NCBI GenBank assembly: GCA_963786805.1
Contig: CAWBAK010000001.1
Location: 80,211 to 144,210 of the forward strand
Source: an uncultured Actinomycetes bacterium
Lineage (GTDB): Bacteria > Actinomycetota > UBA4738 > HRBIN12
Reading direction: 5' to 3'
Length of the DNA stretch: 64,000 bases
The notes beneath the pieces were generated by a model that worked only from the letters and a program-made list of their open reading frames with translations, was not told the DNA's origin and did no database searches. A program made the position numbers and the translations under genes. Of the stretch, positions 21,006 to 29,978 are shown piece after piece (position 1 is the stretch's first letter; each line of letters opens with the position of its first letter).

Positions 21006-21542
21006 GAGGGCAGACCACTCCCGGTCCAGGAGCCCGTAGACGACCAGGTCGTGGTGACCGAGCGCCGACTTCCCGGCCTCGCGCATCACGCCTTCCTCCG
21101 TGAACCCGAGGCGCTCGGGGATCGCCCGGCTGCGCGCGTTGTTCGGCGCCACGCGGATCGTCACCCGGTGGAGCCCGAGGTCGCCGAAGGCCCGATCGAT
21201 GAGCGCGCGGCACGCGCGGGTGACCAGCCCACGTCCCTCGTGCGTCGCGCCGACCCAGTAACCGATCTCCGCGTCGCCGTGTGCGGCGTCGGGGCGCAGC
21301 CCGATCCCGCCGACGTACCTCCCTTCCACGTACATCCCGAGCGCATCCATGCCTTCGGCCGCGCGGTCGTGCTCGATGAAGGCTCGCGTATCTGCGGGTC
21401 CCTCCGTCGCATCGACCCAGGGCATCCACGGCCGAAGCCGGTCGCGGTTGGCATCGACGAGGGCAAAGACGTCCTCGGCATCGTCCGGCTCCAGGACCCG
21501 GACCTCGACGCCGTCCCCGAGGTCCAGGAGCGGGAGACTCAC
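21002..21542 (-). CDS. RimJ/RimL-type GNAT N-acetyltransferase (runs in-frame into the HAD gene as assembled)
   Basis: EIGYWV...EGRGLVT and [17 protein letters not shown] motifs. Confidence 0.85.
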
Positions 21543-23275
21543 GCCGGGCTCGTGGCCGCTGCCTTCTGGCGTTCCTCCTCGACCAGCACGCGCCGCAGGA
21601 CCTTGCCGATGAGTGTCTCGGGAAGGGACTCGCGGAACTCGACGTGCTTGGGAGCCCGGTACGCCGTCAGGCCGTTCGCGGGATCGCGCGCCCACGCGAC
21701 GACCTCCTCCGGCGTCGCGGTCTCGCCCGGCTTCAGGACGACGAACGCCTTGACTGCCTCGCCGGTCTTGTCGTCGGGCACGCCGATCACCGCCACCTTC
21801 GAGACCTTCGGGTGGCGGTAGAGCGCGTCCTCGACCTCGTTCGGGTACACGTTGAAGCCGGAGACGATGATCATCTCCTTGAGCCGGTCGACGATCCGGA
21901 AGTACCCGTCGTCGTCCATCACCGCGACGTCGCCCGTGTGGAGCCAGCCGTTGCGGATCGCGATCGCGGTCTCCTCGGGCCGGTTCCAGTAGCCGAGCAT
22001 GACCTGCGGACCCTGCACGCACAGCTCTCCGCGCTCGCCTTGGGCGAGCACGCGGTCGGCGTCTTCCAGGTCGACGATCTTGCAGTCCGTGTCCGGGACC
22101 GGCATCCCGATCGAACCCGACCTGCGCTCGCCCTTCAGCGGGTTCGCGTGCGTCACCGGGGAGGCCTCGGTCAGCCCGTACCCCTCGACGAGCACGGCTC
22201 CGTGGGTGATCTCGGCGAACTTCTCCGCGACGGCCGTCGGCAACGGCGCCGCGCCGGAGATGCATGCCTTCACCGATCGCAGGTCGAACTTCTTGACGAG
22301 CGGCGACTCGTTCAGGCCCGCGAAGAAGCGCGGGACGCCCGGCACGAAGGTGGGTTTCTCCTTGTCGATCTCCTCCATCACCAGGTGGAGATCACGCGGG
22401 TTCGGGACGGGGATGAGCTTGCCCGCTCGAAGGATCGCGACGTTCATCACGAGCATCCCGAACGAGTGGAAGAACGGGAGCGAGCCGAGGAGGCCCTCGG
22501 TCCCTTCCTGGATGTTCAGATAGGTCGCACCTTGCATCGCGTTCGCCACGAGGTTGCGGTGCGAGAGCATCGCGCCCTTGCTCACCCCGGTCGTCCCGCC
22601 GGTGTAGATGAACCCCGCCGTGTGCTGGACGGGATCGATCTCGGGCGCGACGGGGACCGGTCCCGCTCCACGCATCCACGACTCCCACCACAGCACCGGC
22701 GCTCCGCTCGGCACGGGGGGCCAGGGTTTGCCCTGCGCTCGCTGGTTCTTCTTGAACTTGAGCATCGGAGCGAGCTGCTTCTTCGGGAACGGCATGTAGT
22801 CGTTCAGGCGCGCCACGATCACGTGCTCCAGACCGACCCCGCGGATCACCTCGGCGAAGTCCGAGTACAGGAGGTCGAGCACGATGACGACCTTCGAGCC
22901 GGAATCCTTGAGCTGGTGCTCCATCTCGCGCTTCGTGTAGAGGGGGTTGTTGCCGACCACGATCGCGCCGAGCCGGAGGATCGCGTAGTAGGCGATCACG
23001 TACTGGGGGCAGTTCGGCATGATGAGCGCGACCCGGTCGCCCTTGGCCACGCCGAGCGCCGCGAGCGCCGCCGAGCACCGTTCGGCATCCGCGAGCAGGT
23101 CGCCGTAGGTCAGCTTGCGCCCGAACCAGGCGATGGCGGTGCTCTGTGGGTACTTCCGTGCGGAGGCCTCGAGCATCCCGAACACCGAGATGTCCGGGTA
23201 CGGCTCGAGCGTGTGGGGAACATCGGGCGGATAGCTGCGGAACCAGGGCCGGTGATCGGTCATGGCTCGCATCAT
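21539..23275 (-). CDS. Long-chain fatty acid-CoA ligase
   Basis: [27 protein letters not shown] and [11 protein letters not shown] motifs. Confidence 0.92.
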   Translation of the reverse strand: MMRAMTDHRPWFRSYPPDVPHTLEPYPDISVFGMLEASARKYPQSTAIAWFGRKLTYGDLLADAERCSAALAALGVAKGDRVALIMPNCPQYVIAYYAILRLGAIVVGNNPLYTKREMEHQLKDSGSKVVIVLDLLYSDFAEVIRGVGLEHVIVARLNDYMPFPKKQLAPMLKFKKNQRAQGKPWPPVPSGAPVLWWESWMRGAGPVPVAPEIDPVQHTAGFIYTGGTTGVSKGAMLSHRNLVANAMQGATYLNIQEGTEGLLGSLPFFHSFGMLVMNVAILRAGKLIPVPNPRDLHLVMEEIDKEKPTFVPGVPRFFAGLNESPLVKKFDLRSVKACISGAAPLPTAVAEKFAEITHGAVLVEGYGLTEASPVTHANPLKGERRSGSIGMPVPDTDCKIVDLEDADRVLAQGERGELCVQGPQVMLGYWNRPEETAIAIRNGWLHTGDVAVMDDDGYFRIVDRLKEMIIVSGFNVYPNEVEDALYRHPKVSKVAVIGVPDDKTGEAVKAFVVLKPGETATPEEVVAWARDPANGLTAYRAPKHVEFRESLPETLIGKVLRRVLVEEERQKAAATSPA

Positions 23276-23346
23276 TCCAGCAAGAGACGGAAGCCCTCAA
23301 CCCGAGGGCCCGGACGCGCGGATCGCTCGATAGGCTGCCGAGAGCC

Positions 23347-25650
23347 GTGAGCGACTGGAGCGACGAGGTGCTGGAGGCCGCTCGTGCGGCGCTCGCCCCC
23401 CTGGAGGGAACGGCTCGAGGCCGCGGGGCTTCGGGAGCCCGTCGAGGTCCTGCGCGATCGCTGGGGCGTTCCCTACGTCTCGGCGGCATCGCTCGAGGAC
23501 CTGTGGTTCGCCCAGGGCTTCGTCACGGCATCCGAGCGACTGTTCCAGATCGATCTCGCGCTCCGGGCCGCGAATGGCCGGCTGTCCGAGCTCTTCTCGG
23601 ACCTGACCCTGCAGCAGGACCGCTTCGCTCGCACCATCGGCTTCGGCCGGCTCGGCGCGAACGAGGCCGCGCGGTGGAGCGACGCCTCGCGGACGATGTA
23701 CGGCCGTTTCATCGAGGGCGTTCGCTCCTGGATCGATGGCATGGCCGCGCCGCCGTTCGAGTACGCGTTGCTCGCGGCCGAGCCCGAGATCCCCGAAGAC
23801 CTCGGCGGATGGGCGGCGGCGTTCGCGTATGCGGCCTGGGGGCTGTCGGGGAACTGGGACTCGGAGCTCCTGCGCGTCCATCTCGCCGAGCGTCTGGGGC
23901 CCGACGCGGTGACGGACCTGTTGCCTCCGCTGCCTTCAGACCCACCGAACGTGGCGGCCGGCGGGCTCGCGGGCCGGCTGCTCGATGCGCATCCCGCGAA
24001 CGAGGGGCGCGGGTTCCAACAACTGGGTCGTGGCGGGCTCGCGGACGGCGAGCGGGCGTCCGCTCCTCGCGAACGACCCACACCTGCTCGTGCAACAGCC
24101 CGGTGCCTGGTTCGAGCTGCACCTTCGCGCGCCCGGGCTACGAGGCCCGCGGCGTCGCGTTCCCCTTCGCACCCGGCGTCCTCGTCGGGATCTCGCCGCA
24201 CCACGCGTGGGGAATCACGAACGTCACCGGTGACGTCCAAGACCTGTACGAGGAGCGACTGAACGACGACGGCACCGCAACCGAGTTCGACGGCGCCTGG
24301 GAACCGCTCGTTGTGCACCGAGAGCAGATCCGCGTGCGGGGAGGCGACCCGGTCGAGGTCGACGTCCGCGAATCGCGCCATGGCCCGCTCCTCGAGTTCA
24401 CGCCCGTCGGCATCGTCGACGTGGACTTCGTGCCCGTCGATCGCGCCTACGCGCTCCGATGGACGGCGAGCGACGGGCTCCTCGAACCATCGATGCTCGT
24501 CGAGCTCGCGAACGCGGACGGTTTCGAGTCGTTCCGCGAGGCGCTCCGCGCGATCGCCTGTCCGGGTCAGAACGTCCTCTACGCCGACGTCGACGGCACG
24601 ATCGGGTACCAGCTCACCGGACGCTATCCGATCCGGCGATCGGGAGACGGAACGGTTCCCGTGCCGGGGTGGACCTCCGATCACGAGTGGGACGGCTTCG
24701 TACCTTTCGACCGCCTCCCGTGGTCGAAGGACCCCGAACGCGGCTACCTGGCGACGGCGAACAACCGGACCCACGACGAGGGCTACCCGCACCTGATCGG
24801 TCACGACTTCCACACGCCATACCGAGCTCGCAGGATCGCGGACCTGATCGACCCACAGCGCGAGCTCACCGCCGAGCACATGGCGCGGATCCAGATGGAC
24901 ACGGTCTCGCTCCCCGCGCGGGCGCTCCTTCCCCGGCTCACGGCGCTGGATCCCCGGGACGAAGACGAGCGATGGGCGCTCGACCTCCTGCGGTCCTGGG
25001 ACGGCGACCAGCGTGCGACTTCGAGCGCGGCCGCGATCTACAACGCGTGGCTCTGGTCGATCGCCCGATCGCTGCTTCGAGCGGACGACGATCCCACGAC
25101 CTACGAGCGGTATCACGCGTGGCGCGAGCCGTTCGTGTGCGCGGCGCTGCCGAACCTCCTCGGGTCCGCCGTGCCGGACTGGGCCGGCGACGGGGACGGC
25201 TGGGACGGGGTGCTGCACCGCACGCTCGCCGGAGGACTCGCCATGCTCGAAGAGCGCCTCGGACCCGACCGCTCGGATTGGCGTTGGGGTGCGCTCCATC
25301 GGGTTCGGTTCGCGCACGTGCTCGCCCGGATGCCGGCACTCGGACCGGTGCTCGTCGCGGCAGATCACGAGCTTGGCGGCGACGAGCAGACGATCCTGCA
25401 AGGAGGCTTCGACGCGCGGCACGGCTTCGAGGCCGCCGTGGTCCCCTCCTGGCGTGTCGTCGCCGACCTGGCGGACGTGGACCGGTCGTTGGCGGTGCTT
25501 CCCACCGGACAGTCGGGTAACCCCGCGTCGCCGCACTGGAACGACCAGGCGCCGCTGTGGATCGGGGGGACGCTGCGGCCGGCACCCGTGACGCGGAAGG
25601 CGGTCGAGGCGGTGGCGGTTCGGACGCTGATGCTCGTGCCCCCCGGGTAA
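23347..25650 (+). CDS. Penicillin acylase family Ntn hydrolase (several frameshifts)
   Basis: RDRWGVP, FAQGF, GSNNWVVAG..T.SG.PLLANDPHL and GQSGNP.SPHW.DQ motifs across frames. Confidence 0.85.
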   Translation: MSDWSDEVLEAARAALAPLEGTARGRGASGARRGPARSLGRSLRLGGIARGPVVRPGLRHGIRATVPDRSRAPGREWPAVRALLGPDPAAGPLRSHHRLRPARRERGRAVERRLADDVRPFHRGRSLLDRWHGRAAVRVRVARGRARDPRRPRRMGGGVRVCGLGAVGELGLGAPARPSRRASGARRGDGPVASAAFRPTERGGRRARGPAARCASRERGARVPTTGSWRARGRRAGVRSSRTTHTCSCNSPVPGSSCTFARPGYEARGVAFPFAPGVLVGISPHHAWGITNVTGDVQDLYEERLNDDGTATEFDGAWEPLVVHREQIRVRGGDPVEVDVRESRHGPLLEFTPVGIVDVDFVPVDRAYALRWTASDGLLEPSMLVELANADGFESFREALRAIACPGQNVLYADVDGTIGYQLTGRYPIRRSGDGTVPVPGWTSDHEWDGFVPFDRLPWSKDPERGYLATANNRTHDEGYPHLIGHDFHTPYRARRIADLIDPQRELTAEHMARIQMDTVSLPARALLPRLTALDPRDEDERWALDLLRSWDGDQRATSSAAAIYNAWLWSIARSLLRADDDPTTYERYHAWREPFVCAALPNLLGSAVPDWAGDGDGWDGVLHRTLAGGLAMLEERLGPDRSDWRWGALHRVRFAHVLARMPALGPVLVAADHELGGDEQTILQGGFDARHGFEAAVVPSWRVVADLADVDRSLAVLPTGQSGNPASPHWNDQAPLWIGGTLRPAPVTRKAVEAVAVRTLMLVPPG

Positions 25651-25662
25651 CATCTCCGGTCG

Positions 25663-25905
25663 ATGCCCAAGTCCCGACAGCGTCAGAAGCGCTCGCGTCC
25701 CTACGCGCCGCCGCCGACCAAGAGGCGCCCGAAACCGAGCCCCCGTTGGTACGGCTTCCTCGTCCTCGGGCTCATCCTGGTCGGAGTCGCACTCATCGTC
25801 TTGAACTACATGAACTTCATCCCCGGCGGGACGCAGCAGCACTGGCTGTGGGTCGGGCTGGGGGTCATCGCGGCCGGCTTCGCGGCGGCCACCCGGTGGC
25901 GCTGA
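25663..25905 (+). CDS. crgA: Cell division protein CrgA
   Basis: MPKSR..K basic N-terminus, SPRWY, two TM helices, TRWR C-terminus. Confidence 0.88.
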   Translation: MPKSRQRQKRSRPYAPPPTKRRPKPSPRWYGFLVLGLILVGVALIVLNYMNFIPGGTQQHWLWVGLGVIAAGFAAATRWR

Positions 25906-25943
25906 CCTACCGGTCCGCTGGCCCGGTCCCTGGCCCGGTCCGC

Positions 25944-25996
25944 TGGGGAGAACCTGTGCACAACCCGGCGGTTTCCGGTCGATCTCCTGTGGAAAG
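25944..25996. promoter_or_regulatory. Small cluster of DnaA-box-like 9-mers
   Basis: TGGGGAGAA (25944), TGTGCACAA (25955) and TGTGGAAAG (25988), all co-oriented versus TGTGGA(C/T)AA. Confidence 0.5.
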
Positions 25997-26016
25997 CTCG
26001 GCTCTGCCCGAACCCG

Positions 26017-26274
26017 TCAGGTCGCGACCGGACGTCGCACGACCTGCATCGTTTCGCCGCAGTGCCGGGGGATCTGCAGCTCGCCGAGGCGGGTCACCCG
26101 GAACTCGGTGCCGCATTCCCCACAGACGAGGAACACATCGAGCTCCTCGACGTCCTCCGGGTCGCCACGTGCGGCCGGCGCTCCGACGCCCGATGCCGCC
26201 CGCAGCGCGGTGAGGCCGAGCCAGGCGATCGCGACCCCGATCGCGATCGCCGAGAGCACGAGCCACAGGCTCAT
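26017..26274 (-). CDS. Small membrane protein with zinc ribbon
   Basis: N-terminal TM; CGECG...HCGETM; TAGACT -10 lies 6 nt before the ATG. Confidence 0.7.
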   Translation of the reverse strand: MSLWLVLSAIAIGVAIAWLGLTALRAASGVGAPAARGDPEDVEELDVFLVCGECGTEFRVTRLGELQIPRHCGETMQVVRRPVAT

Positions 26275-26369
26275 GGTCCGAGTCTACGCACGCCCTCGCC
26301 GACCCTCGTCCGCTCGATGCGTGGCGCTTTGAACGGTGACACAATCGACGGGCCACATCCGAGGGAGGG

Positions 26370-27614
26370 TTGACGATGGGGGCCGACGAGGCCGTCAACG
26401 GGTTCTTCCAGGCATCGGCCGAGCGCCTCGGCCTCGACGATTCGATCCGTACCCTGCTCGACACCCACCAACGGCAGACCGAGGTGCAGGTGCGCGTCCC
26501 GATGGACGACGGGCGAACCCTCGCGTTCCGGGGTTGGCGGATCCAGCACAACAACGCCCGAGGGCCGTTCAAAGGCGGCCTCCGGTATCACGAGACGGCC
26601 TCGCTCGACGAGTTCCGCGCCTTCGCCGCGCTGATGACGTGGAAGTGCTCGCTGCTCGCGATCCCCTACGGCGGGGGCAAGGGCGGCGTGCAGGTGGACC
26701 CGAAGGGTCTCTCGGAGGGAGAGCTCGAGCGGCTCTCGCGCTCGTTCATCCGTGAGATCGCGCCGGTGATCGGCCCGCGGGTCGACATCCCGGCGCCCGA
26801 CGTGAACACCGGCCCGCGCGAGATGGCGTGGATGGTCGACGAGTACCAGCGCGTGACCGGCGCGGGCGACGCGATCGCCGTCCTGACCGGCAAGCCGATC
26901 GCCCTCGGAGGGTCGCTCGGTCGCGAGCAGGCGACGGGCCGCGGCGGGCTGATCTGCCTGGACCGGATCGCTCACCACCGCGGCTGGACCCGGGACAAGA
27001 TCGCCATCGCCGTCGAGGGCTACGGGAACGCCGCGTCGTGGTTCGCCATCTTGGCGACCCAGCTCGGCTACCGCATCGTGGCGGTCTCGGACTCCCGGGG
27101 CGCGATCCACAATCCCGAAGGACTCGACCCGCGCGCCGTCCTCGCTCACAAGCAGGCGACCGGCAGCGTCGCCGGCTTCAAACACGCCGACGAGATCGCG
27201 AGCGAGGACCTGATCGGCGTGAAGTGCGAGGTGCTCGTCCCGGCCGCGATGGAAGAGCACATCCGCGAGGACAACGCCGACATCGTGAAGGGGAACCTGG
27301 TCCTGGAGGTCGCGAACTACCCGATCACTCCGACCGCGGACGGCCTGCTGAAGGAGCGGGGCGTCACGGTCATCCCCGACATCCTCGCCAGCGCGGGCGG
27401 CGTCGTCGTGTCGTACTTGGAATGGGTCCAGAACCTCCAGGGCGAGGCCTGGGCCGAAGACCGAGTCAACCAGCGACTGTCCGAGGTGATGAACGCCGCG
27501 ACCGACGGCGTCCTCGCTCGGGCGAACGAGAAGGGCATCACCCACCGCGAGGGCGCGTACGAGATCGCCGTCGACCGGGTGGCCGAGGCCGAGCGTTTGC
27601 GCGGCCGCTGGTAG
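26370..27614 (+). CDS. Glu/Leu/Phe/Val dehydrogenase (glutamate dehydrogenase-like)
   Basis: GPFKGGLRY, MTWK, GGGKGG, DIPAPDVNT and GSLGREQATGRG motifs. Confidence 0.92.
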   Translation: MTMGADEAVNGFFQASAERLGLDDSIRTLLDTHQRQTEVQVRVPMDDGRTLAFRGWRIQHNNARGPFKGGLRYHETASLDEFRAFAALMTWKCSLLAIPYGGGKGGVQVDPKGLSEGELERLSRSFIREIAPVIGPRVDIPAPDVNTGPREMAWMVDEYQRVTGAGDAIAVLTGKPIALGGSLGREQATGRGGLICLDRIAHHRGWTRDKIAIAVEGYGNAASWFAILATQLGYRIVAVSDSRGAIHNPEGLDPRAVLAHKQATGSVAGFKHADEIASEDLIGVKCEVLVPAAMEEHIREDNADIVKGNLVLEVANYPITPTADGLLKERGVTVIPDILASAGGVVVSYLEWVQNLQGEAWAEDRVNQRLSEVMNAATDGVLARANEKGITHREGAYEIAVDRVAEAERLRGRW

Positions 27615-27624
27615 CGCGGCGCGG

Positions 27625-29439
27625 CTACGCCAGCGTGACGTGCCGCTTCAGGAACTCGAGGACGGTGCGCCACTCGCGCACCTCCTCGTCGACCAGCATC
27701 GAGCTGTGGCCCTCACCGTACGAGTACAGGTCCACGTCGCCGCCGGCGGAGCGAAGGGCGTCGACGTACCGATGGACCTGCCCCGGGACGCACCGGCTGT
27801 CGTTCTCGCCGACCAGGACGAGCACGGGCGCCTTCACGCGATCCACGTAGGTGATCGGGGAACGCTCGGCGACGAACTCGGGGAGATCGTGCACGACGCC
27901 GCCGAGGAGCGAACGGTCGTACGCCTGCAGCGACGGCGCGGAGTCGTCGTAGGACTCCATGTAGTCGCCGACCGGAACGCCCGCGACGCCCGCGATCCAT
28001 CGGTCCGGGTGGGTGCCGAGCGCGAGCAGCGCGATGTAGCCGCCCCACGACCGTCCGCCGATCACCACGCGCGCCGGGTCGGCGATCCCCCGCGCGATCA
28101 GGTCGTCGGCCCCGTCGACGGTATCGGCAACCTCGGGGAAGCCGATGTTGCCGATGATGTGGTCTCGGAAGGTCCGGCCGTACCCGGTGGAGCCGCGGTA
28201 GTTCACCATCGCGACCGCGTACCCCTCGTCCACGAGCGACTGCACCTCCGGCCACCACGTATCGAGGTAGAGCCAGTTCGGCCCGCCGTGCACCTTCAGG
28301 TAGGTCGGGAACGGACCCTCGCCGTCCGGCGTGATGAGCCAGCCGTGCACCGTGTCTCCGGAGGCGTTGCGGAACAGCCACTCCCGGTAGGGACGCCCTG
28401 TGCGGATCCCCCCCGGCGGATCGGGGAGAAGCTCCGTTCCGGCCCCGTCCAGCAGGCGCGAAGCGCGCTCGCCGCTCGAGACCCGGAGCCACACCCGGCC
28501 GTCGGGGCGAACGCGCGCCCCGTGGATCTCGCCGGTGGGATGCCCGATCTCCGTGATCGTCCCGGTCGCCAGCTCGTAGCGGTACAGGCGGTCGCGGCCG
28601 CGGAACAGGTGGACGAGCAGGAGCGCGCTCGCATCCGGCCACCAGTCGACCGGGATCACCTCGCCGGGCAGATCGATCTCGAGATCCCGCCGCTCGCCCG
28701 AGACCGGATCCCAAAGGGTCGGACGCAGCAGATCGTTCCGCTCGTGACCGATCAGGACCCGCCGGTCGCCCTCGACCGGGGACCACGCGAACGCGCTGAG
28801 CCCGTAGCCCGCCCCGTCCGCCAGCTCGCCGACGACCGATCCCGTCTCGAGGTCGAGAACCCGCAGGGCCCCGTGGATGTTGTCCCCGTCCTGCGCGACC
28901 TCGATGCAGAGATGACGCTCGTCGGCGGACAGACCCGCCAGTCCGAACCCCTCCAGGTGGAAGTCCGTGGCCTCGATCGAGATGCTGTCGACGTCGCGAT
29001 GGATCTCCTTGGCGGGTCCGCCATTCCGCGAGAGGTAGACCGCGAAGCCGTCGCGATCGGCGATCACCCCGACGACGACGCGACGTCCGACCACGAGGCC
29101 GTCCGGCCATCCGATCGGCGCGCCCGGGAGCAGGTCGCGCGCATCGCCGCCCTCGATCGGCATCGCCGTCCACCGCCCCGACTCGTCACCGGTTGGGTCG
29201 GAGAACCAGATCGCCTCGCGTCCGTCTGCGGAGACCGTCGCGTACTCGACGCCGACGCCCTCGTTCGAGAGCCGCCGCCGCTGCCCGGTCGTCCGATCCC
29301 AAGCGTAGGCCTGGTACGACCCCTCTTCGTCGGAGACGTGGACGAGGCTGTCGGGCGCGTGCCGGGACCAATGCGGGAACGTTCGCGTGGGCGCGCGGAA
29401 GCGCTGTTCCCACACGGGGGTTTCGGCCTCGGCCGCCAT
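27625..29439 (-). CDS. S9-family (prolyl oligopeptidase-like) peptidase
   Basis: VHGGP, NYRGSTGYG, GRSWGG nucleophile elbow, GENDSR and EGH motifs. Confidence 0.9.
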   Translation of the reverse strand: MAAEAETPVWEQRFRAPTRTFPHWSRHAPDSLVHVSDEEGSYQAYAWDRTTGQRRRLSNEGVGVEYATVSADGREAIWFSDPTGDESGRWTAMPIEGGDARDLLPGAPIGWPDGLVVGRRVVVGVIADRDGFAVYLSRNGGPAKEIHRDVDSISIEATDFHLEGFGLAGLSADERHLCIEVAQDGDNIHGALRVLDLETGSVVGELADGAGYGLSAFAWSPVEGDRRVLIGHERNDLLRPTLWDPVSGERRDLEIDLPGEVIPVDWWPDASALLLVHLFRGRDRLYRYELATGTITEIGHPTGEIHGARVRPDGRVWLRVSSGERASRLLDGAGTELLPDPPGGIRTGRPYREWLFRNASGDTVHGWLITPDGEGPFPTYLKVHGGPNWLYLDTWWPEVQSLVDEGYAVAMVNYRGSTGYGRTFRDHIIGNIGFPEVADTVDGADDLIARGIADPARVVIGGRSWGGYIALLALGTHPDRWIAGVAGVPVGDYMESYDDSAPSLQAYDRSLLGGVVHDLPEFVAERSPITYVDRVKAPVLVLVGENDSRCVPGQVHRYVDALRSAGGDVDLYSYGEGHSSMLVDEEVREWRTVLEFLKRHVTLA

Positions 29440-29463
29440 CGAGGCGCGAGCCTAGCAGGCGCC

Positions 29464-29943
29464 TCAGATGCCCGGCACGAGCTCGACGGGAACCGACACG
29501 AGGTTCAGCGGCGACCCGTCGGCCGCGCTCGACTCGAAGACCTCGATCGTGCCGTCCTGGCGTTCCTCCGTGAAGAAGAAGACCTCCGCCGAGTACTTCC
29601 CCCGGCATCCGCTCCCGCAGGTCGCGGTCGCGAACGCGGCGGCGAGCTCCTCGCCGTTCGCATCGAGGATCCGGATGCTGACGGTCGCCTCGAAGACGTC
29701 GGCCGTTCCCGCGACGGTCACCGGGCTCACGATCTCGTCGCCGGCGACGGGCGTCCGGACGACGATCGCCGGTTTCACGCCGTCCGATGGGCTCGGCTCC
29801 GGGCTCGGCTCCACCGTCGGCTCCGGGCTCGGGCTCGACGTCGTGGGGGACTCGCTCGGTTCCAGGACGTCCTCCACGTCGCCCACACATGCCACGGCGA
29901 TGATCGCGAGGGCGAAGACTCCGGGGAGGAGGCGGCGGAGCAC
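29464..29943 (-). CDS. Lipoprotein with Gmad2 immunoglobulin-like domain
   Basis: Lipobox AVAC; Pro/Ser linker; VTVAGTADVFEATV and VFESSAADGS motifs. Confidence 0.75.
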   Translation of the reverse strand: MLRRLLPGVFALAIIAVACVGDVEDVLEPSESPTTSSPSPEPTVEPSPEPSPSDGVKPAIVVRTPVAGDEIVSPVTVAGTADVFEATVSIRILDANGEELAAAFATATCGSGCRGKYSAEVFFFTEERQDGTIEVFESSAADGSPLNLVSVPVELVPGI

Positions 29944-29978
29944 GGTTCGATGATAGGTCGAGGTCGTGAGAACTCCCG

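Noticed and set aside
20309-21542. Apparent GNAT-HAD fusion protein
   Set aside because: Removing one C from GCCCTCGTGA gives the GNAT a TGA overlapping the HAD GTG, as in neighbouring gene junctions; most likely an indel artefact.
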